Shown here: positions 1-10,975 of the stretch, one piece after another | How positions within the stretch are numbered: position 1 is the stretch's first letter | Layout of the letters: each line of letters starts with the position of its first letter | Assembly (NCBI GenBank): GCA_012026655.1 | Contig: JAAILG010001045.1 | Location: 1-64,000 of the forward strand | Length of the DNA stretch: 64,000 bases | From: Hydrolagus affinis | Taxonomy: Eukaryota | Direction: 5' to 3' | Notes under the pieces: model-generated | Database searches by the model: none | Seen by the model: only the letters and a program-made list of their open reading frames with translations | Told to the model about the DNA's origin: nothing | Program-made: the position numbers and the translations under genes

Positions 1-150
1 GGACGGGGGGTGGGGGGTGCGAGAGACGGGGTGGATGTGATAATGTACAAATAGATAGAGATGGGGGGGATGTGAGAGAGGAGAGAGGGATAGAGACACA
101 GAGACAGAAAAACACAGAGATGGAGAGAGCGAGAGACATAGAGAGAGAAA
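1..150. repeat. G-rich and degenerate (GA)n low-complexity tract
   Basis: Runs of G followed by gagagag/gagacacagaga purine repeats. Confidence 0.85.
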
Positions 151-159
151 TAAATTTAC

Positions 160-369
160 CTCCTGAGAAGATAGGCCCTGAATGCGCGAGCACCTGGAAT
201 GTGCGTGCACCCGGAACTCACGCGCATTCAGAATGCGTGCGCACTCCGAATGCGCGCACCGCGTGCGCATGCGCAGTACGAAAAACCCGAAAATATCAAT
301 ATTTCGGTATATCTCGACATGTGTCCATCGATATATTTAATCGGAAAATTTCCATATCGACGGACCCTA
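160..369 (-). mobile_element. Probable terminus of a young non-autonomous hAT-like DNA transposon; other end not seen
   Basis: Minus strand starts TAGGGTCCGTCGATATGG, resembling TAGGG..CGATA termini of fish hAT MITEs; CpG-dense relative to the window; internal inverted repeat 178-188/221-231. Confidence 0.4.
264..275. promoter_or_regulatory. NRF1-type palindromic motif TGCGCATGCGCA
   Basis: Exact consensus match inside the CpG-rich element; function untested. Confidence 0.3.
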
Positions 370-542
370 TATATTAATAATAATAATCTACATATAATAT
401 ACAATGATCTGACTGTATAGCACTGGAAAGAGCCTTTGGGATCAGACCCAAATTTGAAAAATTCCTGTGCACTACTCACAAGGCTAAATGGGATTGAGAA
501 GGGAAATCCAGAACAATATGTTAAGATATGCCACAGTAGCAG

Positions 543-610
543 AACAACAACAACAAAATTACATTTATAGTGCGCCTTTCACGTTGGAAGGATGAGCCAA
601 GGCGCTGGGA
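543..610 (-). mobile_element. L2 LINE 3' tail fragment
   Basis: Reverse complement GCGCCTTGG..CAACGTGAAAGGCGC..AAATGTAATTTT(GTT)n, same tail as the longer L2 copies. Confidence 0.8.
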
Positions 611-831
611 GAGGCACAAGAGGGCAAAGGTTAGTTGTTGTAAAAGGCAATTTTAGGACAGGCAACAGCAAGTGTTTGATTGGGTTACCAGCAAAGGTGA
701 ATGGAGCCACTGGACTCAGTTATTGTAATAATGTGGCAATGTAATTCCCTTCCCTAATCTCCTTGGTTGCCAATTCCATTTTGGATGCAAAACCAGGGTA
801 TTAAAGGTGCTAATATAAATGTAAATTTATA

Positions 832-965
832 TTGGTCATTTCAATCCACGACTGTTTGCGGGCACTGCTGTGCACAATTGGCTGCCCTGTTTTGCCCACA
901 AATATACAGGCAATTCACTTTACAGTATATTCTGTGAAGCATGTTGAGAAGTCCAGAAAACATGG
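832..965 (+). mobile_element. tRNA-derived SINE, body fragment
   Basis: ttggtcatttcaatccacgactgtttg..caattcactttacagtatattctgtgaagc matches the full copies at 7503 and 32353. Confidence 0.85.
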
Positions 966-999
966 AAACAACAACAATAAGAGTCTTCTTCTCCCGTAC

Positions 1000-1124
1000 C
1001 TCTCTTGTGATCTTATGATGCCTAATCTACTTCAGTTGGTTTCTGCCCCAGCTCCTTCTTGAGTTTGCCAACATTTTGGTCGACAATGACTTTCTCTCTG
1101 GGTCCACTCCATATATTCAGAACC
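1000..1124 (-). other. Candidate exon (125 nt), unidentified transcript
   Basis: Acceptor ttaacaactttttgcacag|G, donor GAG|gtacgg; stops in all frames (one reads VLNIWSGPREKVIVDQNVGKLKKELGQKPTEVD*). Confidence 0.3.
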
Positions 1125-2129
1125 CTGTGCAAAAAGTTGTTAAATCAGACACCAGCAAAATCAGTAACTTTAACAACTTCCTTTCTCCTTGAAGCATGGG
1201 GTGAAAAAGAAGGCATAATAAAGGACATAAGATCAGCAATGTTCAAAGAGGAGGAGAAGGATTCTGTACAATTGGGGTGAAGGGAGAATAGAATGTGTGC
1301 CTGTCTGTGAACAGAGGCTTGAATGTGTGTCTGCCAACAGAGCTCATTGACTTGCAAAGACTACACACACAGCAGGATACTGTGACAGAGCCACACAAAT
1401 GTGGAGCTTTAAACCTTAAAATGCTGAATGTTTTTAAATGTGTTTACCAAACATGGTTAAACGACTAAAATTCTTTGTTGTCTGGAACGTTTCTTCAATT
1501 GTTCTAACCATAGAAATCCATTGAGATATATGTCAATTAGTGGAATATGACCATGGCTAGCCTCTGCGCCTCCACTCAGATGCCATTCTCAGTTTCGACC
1601 TGCGTCAAGCTGAATTTCTGCCACAGAGACATCAGCTTGAGGTTATTGTCTAAGTGGGGATCTTTGGACAATTATCTCTGGTTGACCTAATTCATAACCG
1701 AGTATCTGCAGGATCTACTCTTTACAAATCCCATTGTGAATAGTAGACCACAATATTCAAAGTTTATTTTTCAAATTCTTCTGTGGGTGTTATCATGGAA
1801 TTATTCAGATCTTCTGAAATTAATTTTTTACAAAGATTCTACTTGCAATTTTTCTCCATTTTACACTGGAGAACAGAAGGCTCAAAAGGGATCTCATACA
1901 AGTGTTCTTACTAACAACACAAGACTTATGTCTTTGACCATTTTTTTGTTATCTATTCCACACCCCAACCTTTACAACTACCGACAGCTCAGGTTCCCAG
2001 CCAGCTGTGTAAAGAGCTTGGAGATTTCCTCCCGAGTGTGAAAGCATGCCCCAGAACAAGTAGTTCATGTTCAGAATTAGGAAAGTGAACAAACAGTTTA
2101 GACAGTTCAACAGTTCAAACAGTTTTCAG

Positions 2130-2256
2130 TTTCGTGGACCTGAAACATTGACTCACTTTTCCTTTCTCCATAGATGCTGCCTGACCTGCTGAGTGTTCCC
2201 AGTGATTTGTGTTTTTGTTTCTGATTTCCAGCATCTGCAGTATTTTGTGTTTTTCT
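2130..2256 (+). mobile_element. Penelope-like element terminal fragment (shark-type)
   Basis: gacctgaaacattg..cagatgctgcctgacctgctgag..gatttccagcatctgcagtatttt resembles a recalled abundant chondrichthyan repeat; a degenerate minus copy lies near 23730-23800. Confidence 0.55.
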
Positions 2257-4409
2257 ATGAGAGAGATGGAGTCGGGTAGGATTCCTTTTTAAATCTAGAA
2301 CCAGCCAGATGGATAAAGTCTTAACTCCTGTCATAACTGTCAGTGATATGTTAATCATAATTGGGGGAACTGAAAGATTTAGATGTCTGTAGGAGAGCTG
2401 TTGTTATACATCTACACACAGCCTTTTCTTATGGTTAATCAATTAGATTTTCTAGGCCACATTAAAATAGGGGTATTTCCATGTAAAAGTAAATTCCTGA
2501 ACAATTTTCTTTGCATTATGATAACTTACTACCAGCACTTTGTCATTGAAACATTGAACAAAATACCACTTTAAATTCTGTTGTTTTGTACTATTCAGCC
2601 CAGTTCCAATGAGCTGTTCCCTCTGGTTTTCTTTCTTTTCTTGTAACCTGTGGATCATGATTTCTGTGAAGTTGGTGATTGGTGGAAAGGCTTTTCTCTT
2701 CCAGTGAGATGTCGAAGTGGGTCTGTTTTACATTTAGTAGAGAATAAATTAATATTAAAATAGTAGTTGTTTTGCCGGGTTAGATGCAAAAAAGACTACG
2801 GAAGATTTGGCACTGTGAAACTTTAAAAAAAATTCTGTGAAAACATAGACCTTTCAGATAGAGCTCTTTGAACCAGATATCAATACTTCTCTTTTTAGCC
2901 AACTGAAAATTCTATTTTATATCCTACTTGTTTAATTTATGGATTGTCAGACGAGTGATAACAGATCTTCTCTTTTTGACACTGGAAATCAGCAAAGTGG
3001 CACATGGAAAGAGAGGAACTGAAATAGTTTGCCTTCACTTTCTGGCAGCTCTGTACAGGCCTGGTACCCCAGATTTAACCACAAGACTTCACAACGGACA
3101 GTTGTGCGGTTAGCCTTCTTCTCCATTGATTCTATTTCTGGAAGAGCATGAACTAACTTATAAGTCAATGTGACACTGGATCTAGAGTGGCATTAAGAGG
3201 GGAACAAAAGAAGTTGCTGAAAACCAGTATCGTATCCGTAATCTTATAGACTTTTTTTCTCTCCTGCAATCTCTAATACTTCTGCTTTTGGACTCCCAGA
3301 AAATCGTGCTTGCTATCAGTTTAAATTATATGTGTGGAATTTTTAAACATTGCTCATGCAAGTGGACATCAACAACTATCATTTTACATTTATATAGTGC
3401 CTTTAACATTGGAAGGACGTACTGTACTTAAAATGCTTAATCGCGCAGATTGAGTTACACATTAAAGGGAAAGGGAACAGAGGAAGGAGGGGGAGAAGGT
3501 GACCAAAGTTTGGTCAGTTTGCTTTGCTACATCAGATAAACCATGTAACATGGAGAGATTAAAACCACCCACACTCCACATCGTATTGACAAGCCAGCTC
3601 TTTAATCACATAATTTGTTTCGCGCACTGAATAAACAGTCAATTCACTTTACAGCGTATCCTGGGAAGCACTTTGAGATGTCTCGAAGACGTGATAATGC
3701 ACTATGTCAAACGCAAGGATTTTTAAAAAACAAAGGTCTTAAAGTGGGCTTCAAAGGTGCAGAGAGACTGAGAGAAACACAATCAATCTGTGTGACATGC
3801 AGTCTTGTTTCTTTAAATCATTTGTTCTGATATCATTTATTTCAGAAACTCTAGGCAAAATTGTACTGTATTCCTTAACACTGAGATGGGGTCTGTGCCG
3901 ATGGATTTCACTGAGTCAAGGCACTATTTTAGTTATTACTTCCTCTTGATGCTGGAAAGCATTGCAGGAAAAATACTTACCACCTACCTTTAGATGACTT
4001 TCACTGAGGGTTTGTGCTGAAATAATATAAATATAGGGTTAGGTCCGAGACAAATAGTCTGGTACACTTGGGGAATTACATTTACAATTACATATCCTCC
4101 CCTTTCATGTCGGGAGGATATCCCAACATCCCAACATCCGAATGGGTAAATTGAATTGTTAACCAGACCGGATAAATTAATTGAAGTTCTAGGCTTATTT
4201 TCTGGATACAAGAATGTTTTTGATACTTTGGATTTACCAATCTTTCCCTTTAAGAAAGGGAATTAAGAACCACTATGACATTGTACGTTACTTCTTCCAC
4301 CCCCCACAGTTGTTTCTATCCACAGAGGGAAAAAATACCTCACTGGACATGCACAGATTTTTTTCAGTTTTATTCTAGGCTGATACTTTAATGGAGTGTT
4401 GAGCCACTC

Positions 4410-4710
4410 TTAGAGGTGCCATCCTTCAGATGAAAAGTTAAACCAAAGTCCTGTCTCCCTTTTCAGGTGGATATGAAAGATCCCAGGTCACTTTTCAATG
4501 AGAGAAGTGAGTTTCTCATGGCTAAACGTTCTCCAGATGCAATTGGTCATTCACTTCATGATTGCTTGTGACACATTGTTGTGAGCAAATTGACTACCAT
4601 GGTTTCCTTCAATTACAGAGTTACTACACTAAAAAAAATCTGTGAAGTGCTTTTGGGAGGTTTCAACATGATACAGTTCTAGCATGAATGCAAGGATTTT
4701 TTTTATTATT
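4410..4710 (+). mobile_element. Deu-domain SINE (SacSINE1-like), old copy
   Basis: gaggtgccatccttcagatgaaaagttaaacc..caggtggatatgaaagatccca Deu core followed by SINE tail. Confidence 0.75.
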
Positions 4711-5299
4711 AAATTCCTCTCTCCACAGTCCTCGCCAATAAACCATTCTTCGCATGTTCTCTAAACAATGAGTGTTGACAAGCTGTTTGGCTTGAACTTA
4801 CCACTGTATGAATTTTATTTTTAAAAATGACCCAACAAGGTGGTGTCTGGCACAAATCTTACACCTTCCCAGCCGTAGGCCAGAGGTCTTTGCATTTTTT
4901 AGGGAGCTTTTCACATTTCTGCAGTAAATTGATCATTATTTGTTGACAAAAAATAGTGAAGGATTAATTACATGGTGCACCATTTCAATACTTCACAGTC
5001 TTAAATTTCTGCTTCTTGTTTTGCCTGGCAGCAGTGTCATTCTTGAGTTCAATTGTTGGGCCCACCTTGCTCAGATTTCTCTCCGGTGTCTCTAAAGCAT
5101 TTGGAGACATTACTGTACTGTATGTGAAAGCTGGTATATAAGGTATTGTTTTTGCTGAGTCTGGTATGTGTTACCCAACGTGGTCTACAGTAGCTGTGTT
5201 TCTTAATCACACATCTGATATATTTATGGAGAGAAAGCATATGCCAATCAAATATTTTGAGACTGTTGTTGAGACAAATGTTGGCATGGCAATCTAAGT

Positions 5300-5475
5300 A
5301 TTATAGACCTCAGTGCACTTTAGTTAAAGAAGATTCCCACTCCTGATCACTAGCTACTGATCCTCGATGGACCTGTGAACTTGGAAGTTGAGTGAAGACA
5401 GATTCACGCTTGGATATCATGATGCCCCACAGCCAAACAGATAGACCACCCTCATTGCCCAGGCATATGGAGAAA
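5300..5475 (+). mobile_element. LmeSINE1-like ancient SINE fragment
   Basis: ctcctgatcactagctactgatcc..gtgaagacag..gatgcccc..ctcattgcccaggc resembles recalled LmeSINE1 body. Confidence 0.5.
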
Positions 5476-5549
5476 AGACAGGGAAACAAAATTTTGCAAA
5501 ATTGCCATTGACATGGGAAAGCAGGCTTGATAGATCAAACAGCTAAATA

Positions 5550-5810
5550 GTTAGAACTAATGTAAGGAAGCATTTCTTCATGCAGCGGGTTGTGAAGATG
5601 TGGACCAGTCAGTCCCAGAACACAGTAGAGTGAAATTAATGGAATGTTAAAAAGCGAGATAGATATTTGGATTACAGAGGTATTATGGGGTGCAGTAAAA
5701 GCACAGGCATTGGCATAAAAAGAACTGCCAAGATCTAATAAACTGGAAGAAGCAGGTTCAATAAGCCAAATGGCCTCCCCCTGTTACTGTTCTACTATGT
5801 TTCTATGTTT
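5550..5810 (+). mobile_element. CR1 LINE 3' end
   Basis: agaactaatgtaaggaagcatttcttcatgcagcgggttgtg (RxxVRKHFFxQRVV) and aaatggcctcc..ctatgtttctatg tail. Confidence 0.75.
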
Positions 5811-6216
5811 GTTCCAACTTGAGCAAGGTATTGAAAGGTGGGTAATACCTATAGAATCATATCCCAGAATGAGTGAACATTTTCAGAAGAGCATGAAAAA
5901 AGATGAACAATTTAATAAAGAAGCCACAATACTAATTGGATTTAATAATTAAATAACTTAGTAAATTAAATGAAGGAGCAATTGAACTGGTGACAGATTC
6001 AAATATTTGAATCAATTCCTGCCTGGAATTAACAAATAATTAATAGAAGGACTTAGTTTTTGTAAAATGCAAAATGATTTCAATAAGTAGTTAAATGACC
6101 CAGTTTCACTAAATAATGAATAAATACTGAACTTAACAAATAGATCTGATGAAGTTCTGAGTTAAGACAGCAAATTGTTGGAATTTTTTTTAAGTATTAG
6201 CGGTTATATTTATCAA

Positions 6217-6685
6217 TTATTTGAGCTTTGCTGCTATTGAACTGTACAGCCCAAGGCTTCTGCTAATTCCTGATTTCTCTTTTTTCATCTTGATTCTATT
6301 TCTTCTGTATCCCCTTCCGTGCTCCAATATGCCATTTTTCTTGCCATTATTCCTGCAGAAACTGCTCAGCTCCTGTCCATATTTCCTCCTTGGTCTCTCA
6401 AAGCAAAAATTCCCAATCAGCTGCTTCATCTTCATTTTAAGAAAAAGGCTCAAAGCTAAGACAATGGCAATCATCAAAGGTCTGTGCATGGTTCCTGCCA
6501 GGCTAATGGTGATTCTGCCCACATTTCCTGGCAGTTTGGAATCGTTGAGATCAGGCTTCAAGTGCACAAAATGACTAAAGTTTAGAGCTTCCAAACTGGA
6601 CTGGGAGAATTTGGTTAAGAATGAGATTGCCCATTCTGAGGAAAAAGCAGCTGGATACTGCTTTGGAAAGATAGTAAGGGATAAT
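6217..6685 (-). other. Candidate terminal exon with ~155 open codons, unidentified
   Basis: Acceptor cttaatcttttccttccag|A; frame LSLTIFPKQYP..LMIAIVLALSLFLKMKMK..AAKLK*; no family recognised. Confidence 0.25.
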
Positions 6686-6769
6686 CTGGAAGGAAAAGAT
6701 TAAGAAAGTGCTTTCAATTTTGAAGTAGTGAAATAATGAGCTCTTTAGCATATCATCTGAAGAATAACA

Positions 6770-6905
6770 CCTTCTTGATGCAGCATTTCCCCAGCACTGC
6801 ATTGGATTGTCAACCCAGACGATAAATTCAAAGTCCTGACGTGGAGTCTGAACCCACAAACCTTCTGACTCAGAGGTGAAAGTGCTACCAACTGAGGGAG
6901 GCTGA
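6770..6905 (-). mobile_element. Deu-domain SINE 5' head
   Basis: Reverse complement ctcagttggtagcactttcacctctgagtcagaaggtttgtgggttcagactcc: tRNA-like A and B boxes. Confidence 0.75.
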
Positions 6906-7305
6906 TATTATAGAAATCTCGTTCAATCACTATTCTCTTACAAAATGCAGTCACGACATTTTATAGTAAATCCTGTGAAATACTTTGAGATGTCCTCCTG
7001 ATGCGAAAAGCATGAAATCAAATGTTATCATTATTTAGTGAGAAGTCTCAGTCACTTTTATCCTTTCATACGTTTTCACTTGAAGTTGATACTTCCCTTG
7101 GGAAATTCAGGAAGTTGGAGTATATCCTGGATCGTGCAAATACAGTACTTGGTTGGAGTCATTACTGCTACGAGATGTTTCCTTACTTAAAATGTGTTGT
7201 ATTAATATAGGTTGTTGTTGATGTCTGATCCAATGAGTAGGGTCAACGATCCTTTCTTAACTTTGTCACCTTCTCATGTTCCAATATTCATCCTCAGTTA
7301 CATAC

Positions 7306-7414
7306 CTCTAGATATTCACAGCATACTGAATTGTTCCAGCTAGACAAATAACAGACCAAAATTGTAGTCATCAAATCAAACACTTTTTTGTTTTGGCTGA
7401 AGCACTGGATACAC
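7306..7414 (-). other. Candidate exon (109 nt)
   Basis: Acceptor tactactttctgctccag|G, donor GAG|gtatgt. Confidence 0.35.
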
Positions 7415-7502
7415 CTGGAGCAGAAAGTAGTAACAACGTCTGTCAAAAAAATCTTTAAAGATTTTTGGAAATATGGGAATATACTTAGCAGAAATTGTGA
7501 CT

Positions 7503-7823
7503 GAATAATAATAATAATCATCCTTGCATTTGATATAGCGCTTTTCACATCTTCTAGATGTCTCAAAGTGCTTCACAGAATATAGGGTAAAGTGAATTGA
7601 CTATATATGTGGGCGAAATGCAGCAGCCAATTGAGCACAGCAGTGTTCCACAAACAGCCGTGGATTGAATTGACCAATTTATTACTGTTTTATTTTTCTT
7701 GAATCATTATTATCTGGTGTATGGAGTAAGGAAACTTGCTCAAGGTTTTGCCCTGCCTGGAATCGAACCCGGTGTCTCCTCACTTGTAAGGCGAGTTGTT
7801 CTAATCACTGAACTACAGGACCC
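7503..7823 (-). mobile_element. Full-length tRNA-derived SINE (Val-TAC-like head)
   Basis: Head GGGTCCTGTAGTTCAGTGATTAG..CCTTACAAG..GGTTCGATTCC, body, L2-like tail GTGAAAAGCGCTATATCAAATGCAAGG(ATT)n. Confidence 0.9.
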
Positions 7824-9142
7824 CACTGCAGACTTAACATGGAAAAGGAAATGTTTAGAAATAGAGTTTAGTTGGGCATCTAATACATATAGTAAAACAA
7901 AAAAATGAAAGATGTGTTATTCCTGTAGCCAATTGCTCGTGAAGATGGCTGTTTGCTAAGTTTCAATCTTTTAACTGAAACCTCCACACTTTAGGGAAGT
8001 GAATCTGGGCGGGGTGGTGCACCCTCCATACAGTGTGCCCTTTTGGCCTTGTTTGTTTCACAATGTCCCTGTGAATATTTTCCATGCTGTATTGTTTGCA
8101 CCTCTCCCATTTCCCTTTGCTCAGTGTAACAGTCTGTTTACCAGTCTTTAAAAGTCACTCAATTTGAAAACTTGTGGGATTTTTAAAACCACTCATAAAA
8201 TAGCCTGAAGAACATTATTGCAGCAAATTCATGGAGACTTGCTTCTCAGCTACAGAATGGAAGTGTCACCAGTGCCAGCAGCTAGACAAAACTTTGCTTT
8301 AACCCTTGAAGTGATAGAATAAGATGCAACAACTAGTTTCATGAAAAAACAATCGATAGTAAAAGCTTTATTAGAGGCTTTTCCAAAGGAAGTTCAGTGA
8401 AGAACATCTAGCTGCCACATTTCTGTACTTGTTACAGCTTGGAATAAGTAGGTTTCGCAGCTGTGTAGAAATAATGATGCACTTTTTCCTCTACTATTGC
8501 CAGCTTGCTACAGCCATCTCCTGCCCCCTCCTGGGTTCTTGCCATTGGATTAACTCCAACTTTCAGTCAATGTCCTGCTCATTTCAACTCAATCTTTTAA
8601 TTTCTATAGAGTAGAAAAAAAGGTCAAGGTTAGGACTAAAGTAGTTGATGTTAAATAAAAGCAATTACAACCATTTGGAACCTTTAAACTGTATGGAACC
8701 ATTCGAAAAGAGAAGGGAGTTTCTCCTGGTGTCTTGGCAACAAATCCCCGAAATAAAATCGGTCACTCACTCCATGGCTGTTTGTGATACAGTACATTGC
8801 TATGTGCAACCTGGCTGCCACATTTCGCCCACAGAATACACAGTCAATCCACTTTACAGTACTTGGAGATTATCTCAACAATGTAATAGGACACTATCTC
8901 AAATGCAATAGCAGGAGGTCTTGAGACAGACCTCGATAGAGGTGAATAAGGGGGTACATCGGAGGGACTCCGACGGAGGTGGGGGGAGGGGTGGGTGGGC
9001 AGATAGCCTGACAGGTCGAATGTTGATACAGCTGCTTGTGCCTACTCAAGAAAGGAAATGGTCGTGTTGGTACATCAGGTTCAAGGCTTGAAATCGCAGT
9101 ACACAAATGTTGAAAGAGTTAATGCCAGTTTGGGTTTCATTT

Positions 9143-9260
9143 AATAATAATAATAACGCTTGAATTTGATATAGCACTATTCACATCTTCTAGATGTCTC
9201 AAAGTGCTTCAGAGAATGTACTGTAAAGTGAATTGACTGTATATTTGTGGGCAAAATGCG
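9143..9260 (-). mobile_element. tRNA-derived SINE, 5'-truncated
   Basis: Tail and 3' body match the 7503 copy. Confidence 0.85.
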
Positions 9261-9724
9261 CCCCACCCTACATCCGTGACCTCCTTCTCAAAGCTGCACA
9301 GGGTCAATGATGTGGTATGTATCTACAATACAACAAATTACATTTGTATAGTATCTTTTACGTTGGGGGGATATCTCAAGGCGCTGAACAGTCAGGGATA
9401 TTATCACTTTGAACACAATAAATTCTGTAAAGAGCAAAACTGCTAAAAGGTAGACATCTTCACACAGAACTGACATTTGAGGAAGCAAATCAATTCATGG
9501 CTGAACACAGAAATAGCTGAAAAAAAAATGTTTCAATTCAAGGAACATTTTCCCCCAAAGCAACCTGCTGCTCAATCCACCATTCTGAGCTCAGTTGTCA
9601 ATAATGCCCAATTACGTTTTTATTGTGATAACTTGACTTTCTAACCCTGATTAAAAAGGCCTACGGAATTTCACTAGTGTTTTAGTACAAATTCTAGCAG
9701 TCTACTACTCTTCAAATTTCAGTA

Positions 9725-10335
9725 GTAATTCTTCCTCTCTCACATCCAAGCAGTGACTCGCTCTGCCTTTCCCCACCTCCACAATGTTTCCCGACTCTGC
9801 CAATACTTCACCCTCAAAGCCACTGAAACCCTCATCCATGTCTTCATTACATCCCAGCTCAATTATGAAAATGCCTTGCTGGTCAGCCTTCCCAATTCCT
9901 CCCTCCACAGGCTGCAGATAATCCAGAACTCTGCGGCCCGTGTCCTCTACCGTTCCAAACTCTGTGACCCCACCTCCTCCATCCTTGCCTGACTCCACCG
10001 GCTCCCCATCATCCAGCGGATCCAATTCAAGATCCTGGTCCTCACATTTAAAGCCCTCCATAACCTCGCCTCACCCTACATCCGTGACCTCCTATCCCCT
10101 TACCAACCTGTCCGCCCCCTCTGTTCTATCCCGCAGTCCCTCCGCCTCGCCCCCTCCCTGGCCTCCTTCAAGTCTCGCCTCAAGACTCTTCTCTTCGATG
10201 GACCCATCGGCAACTCCTCCCCACCCCCCCCACCCACCTTGTCAGCTCAGGTCTGAAGCAGTAACTATCCAGCTCCTTGGGACATCCTCCTGACGTGAAA
10301 GTCGTTATACAAATGTAATTGTGTTGTTGTTGTTA
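9725..10335 (+). mobile_element. L2 LINE 3' fragment
   Basis: ETLIHVFITSQLNYENALL..LQIIQNSAARVL, LHRLP..IQFKIL; tail ending (GTT)n. Confidence 0.92.
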
Positions 10336-10539
10336 ATGTTTTCCTGGTATTTCTCCACTGTAGAGCCCAATTTCCTTCCTCTGCCCCTATTAGTGCAAAA
10401 CTTAAAAGAGTTCCCTCTTTTGAGTCAATGTTGTATTTTCCCTTTGCCCCCTTTCCCGAGGACTGTGTGACAAAGAGGCATAAAAAATAATTATACTTGC
10501 AGTTGATAGAAAACAAATTGATGCCAAATTAAGGGCACC

Positions 10540-10975
10540 CTGAGCTAGATAAGACAACCCAAGTGTATTCATTATGATTCCCAGTGTTAGATGAATGACC
10601 AGAGAAGCTAGGACTCTTTAGTCTTGAGAAAAGATGACTCAGAGGAGACCTCATAGAGTTACTACATTTTAAATGGAATTGAAAGTTAACCCAGATTAAT
10701 ACTTTAGGATATATCATTGCAGTAGAACAAGAGGATATAGATTCAGAGTTGTAAAAAAATAATTTCAGGACATATACCTCAACGTTTTTCTTTATGAAGA
10801 GAATAATCAATAACTAACAGGTTGCCAAGAGAGCTGGTAGAGGCCAGAACGCTGGACATATTTAAAACACAGTTTGATGCATTGATGGGAGATTGGCAGG
10901 GTGGGTGTTCCAGAGGGATGAGGTTTGATGTGCCAAAGGGCCTATTCATACCGATCTACCTTGTGATTGTGTGAC
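10540..10975 (+). mobile_element. CR1 LINE 3' fragment
   Basis: LGLFSLEKR.LRGDLIE motif (ctaggactctttagtcttgagaaaag..ggagacctcatagag). Confidence 0.8.

Noticed and set aside
72-479. ORFs at the window start
   Set aside because: Translate a (GA)n tract and a GC-rich element; no coding signature.
2110-2160. Hammerhead ribozyme in the Penelope-like fragment
   Set aside because: The CTGANGA core is missing from this truncated copy; other CTGATGA sites lack stem II plus GAAA.
7306-7414. Selenocysteine read-through of TGA codons
   Set aside because: The same frames also contain TAG stops and I saw no SECIS.
7760-7823. tRNA-Val-like gene (also 43640, 44157, 51921)
   Set aside because: The heads run directly into SINE bodies and carry disruptive changes; these are SINE heads, not tRNA genes.
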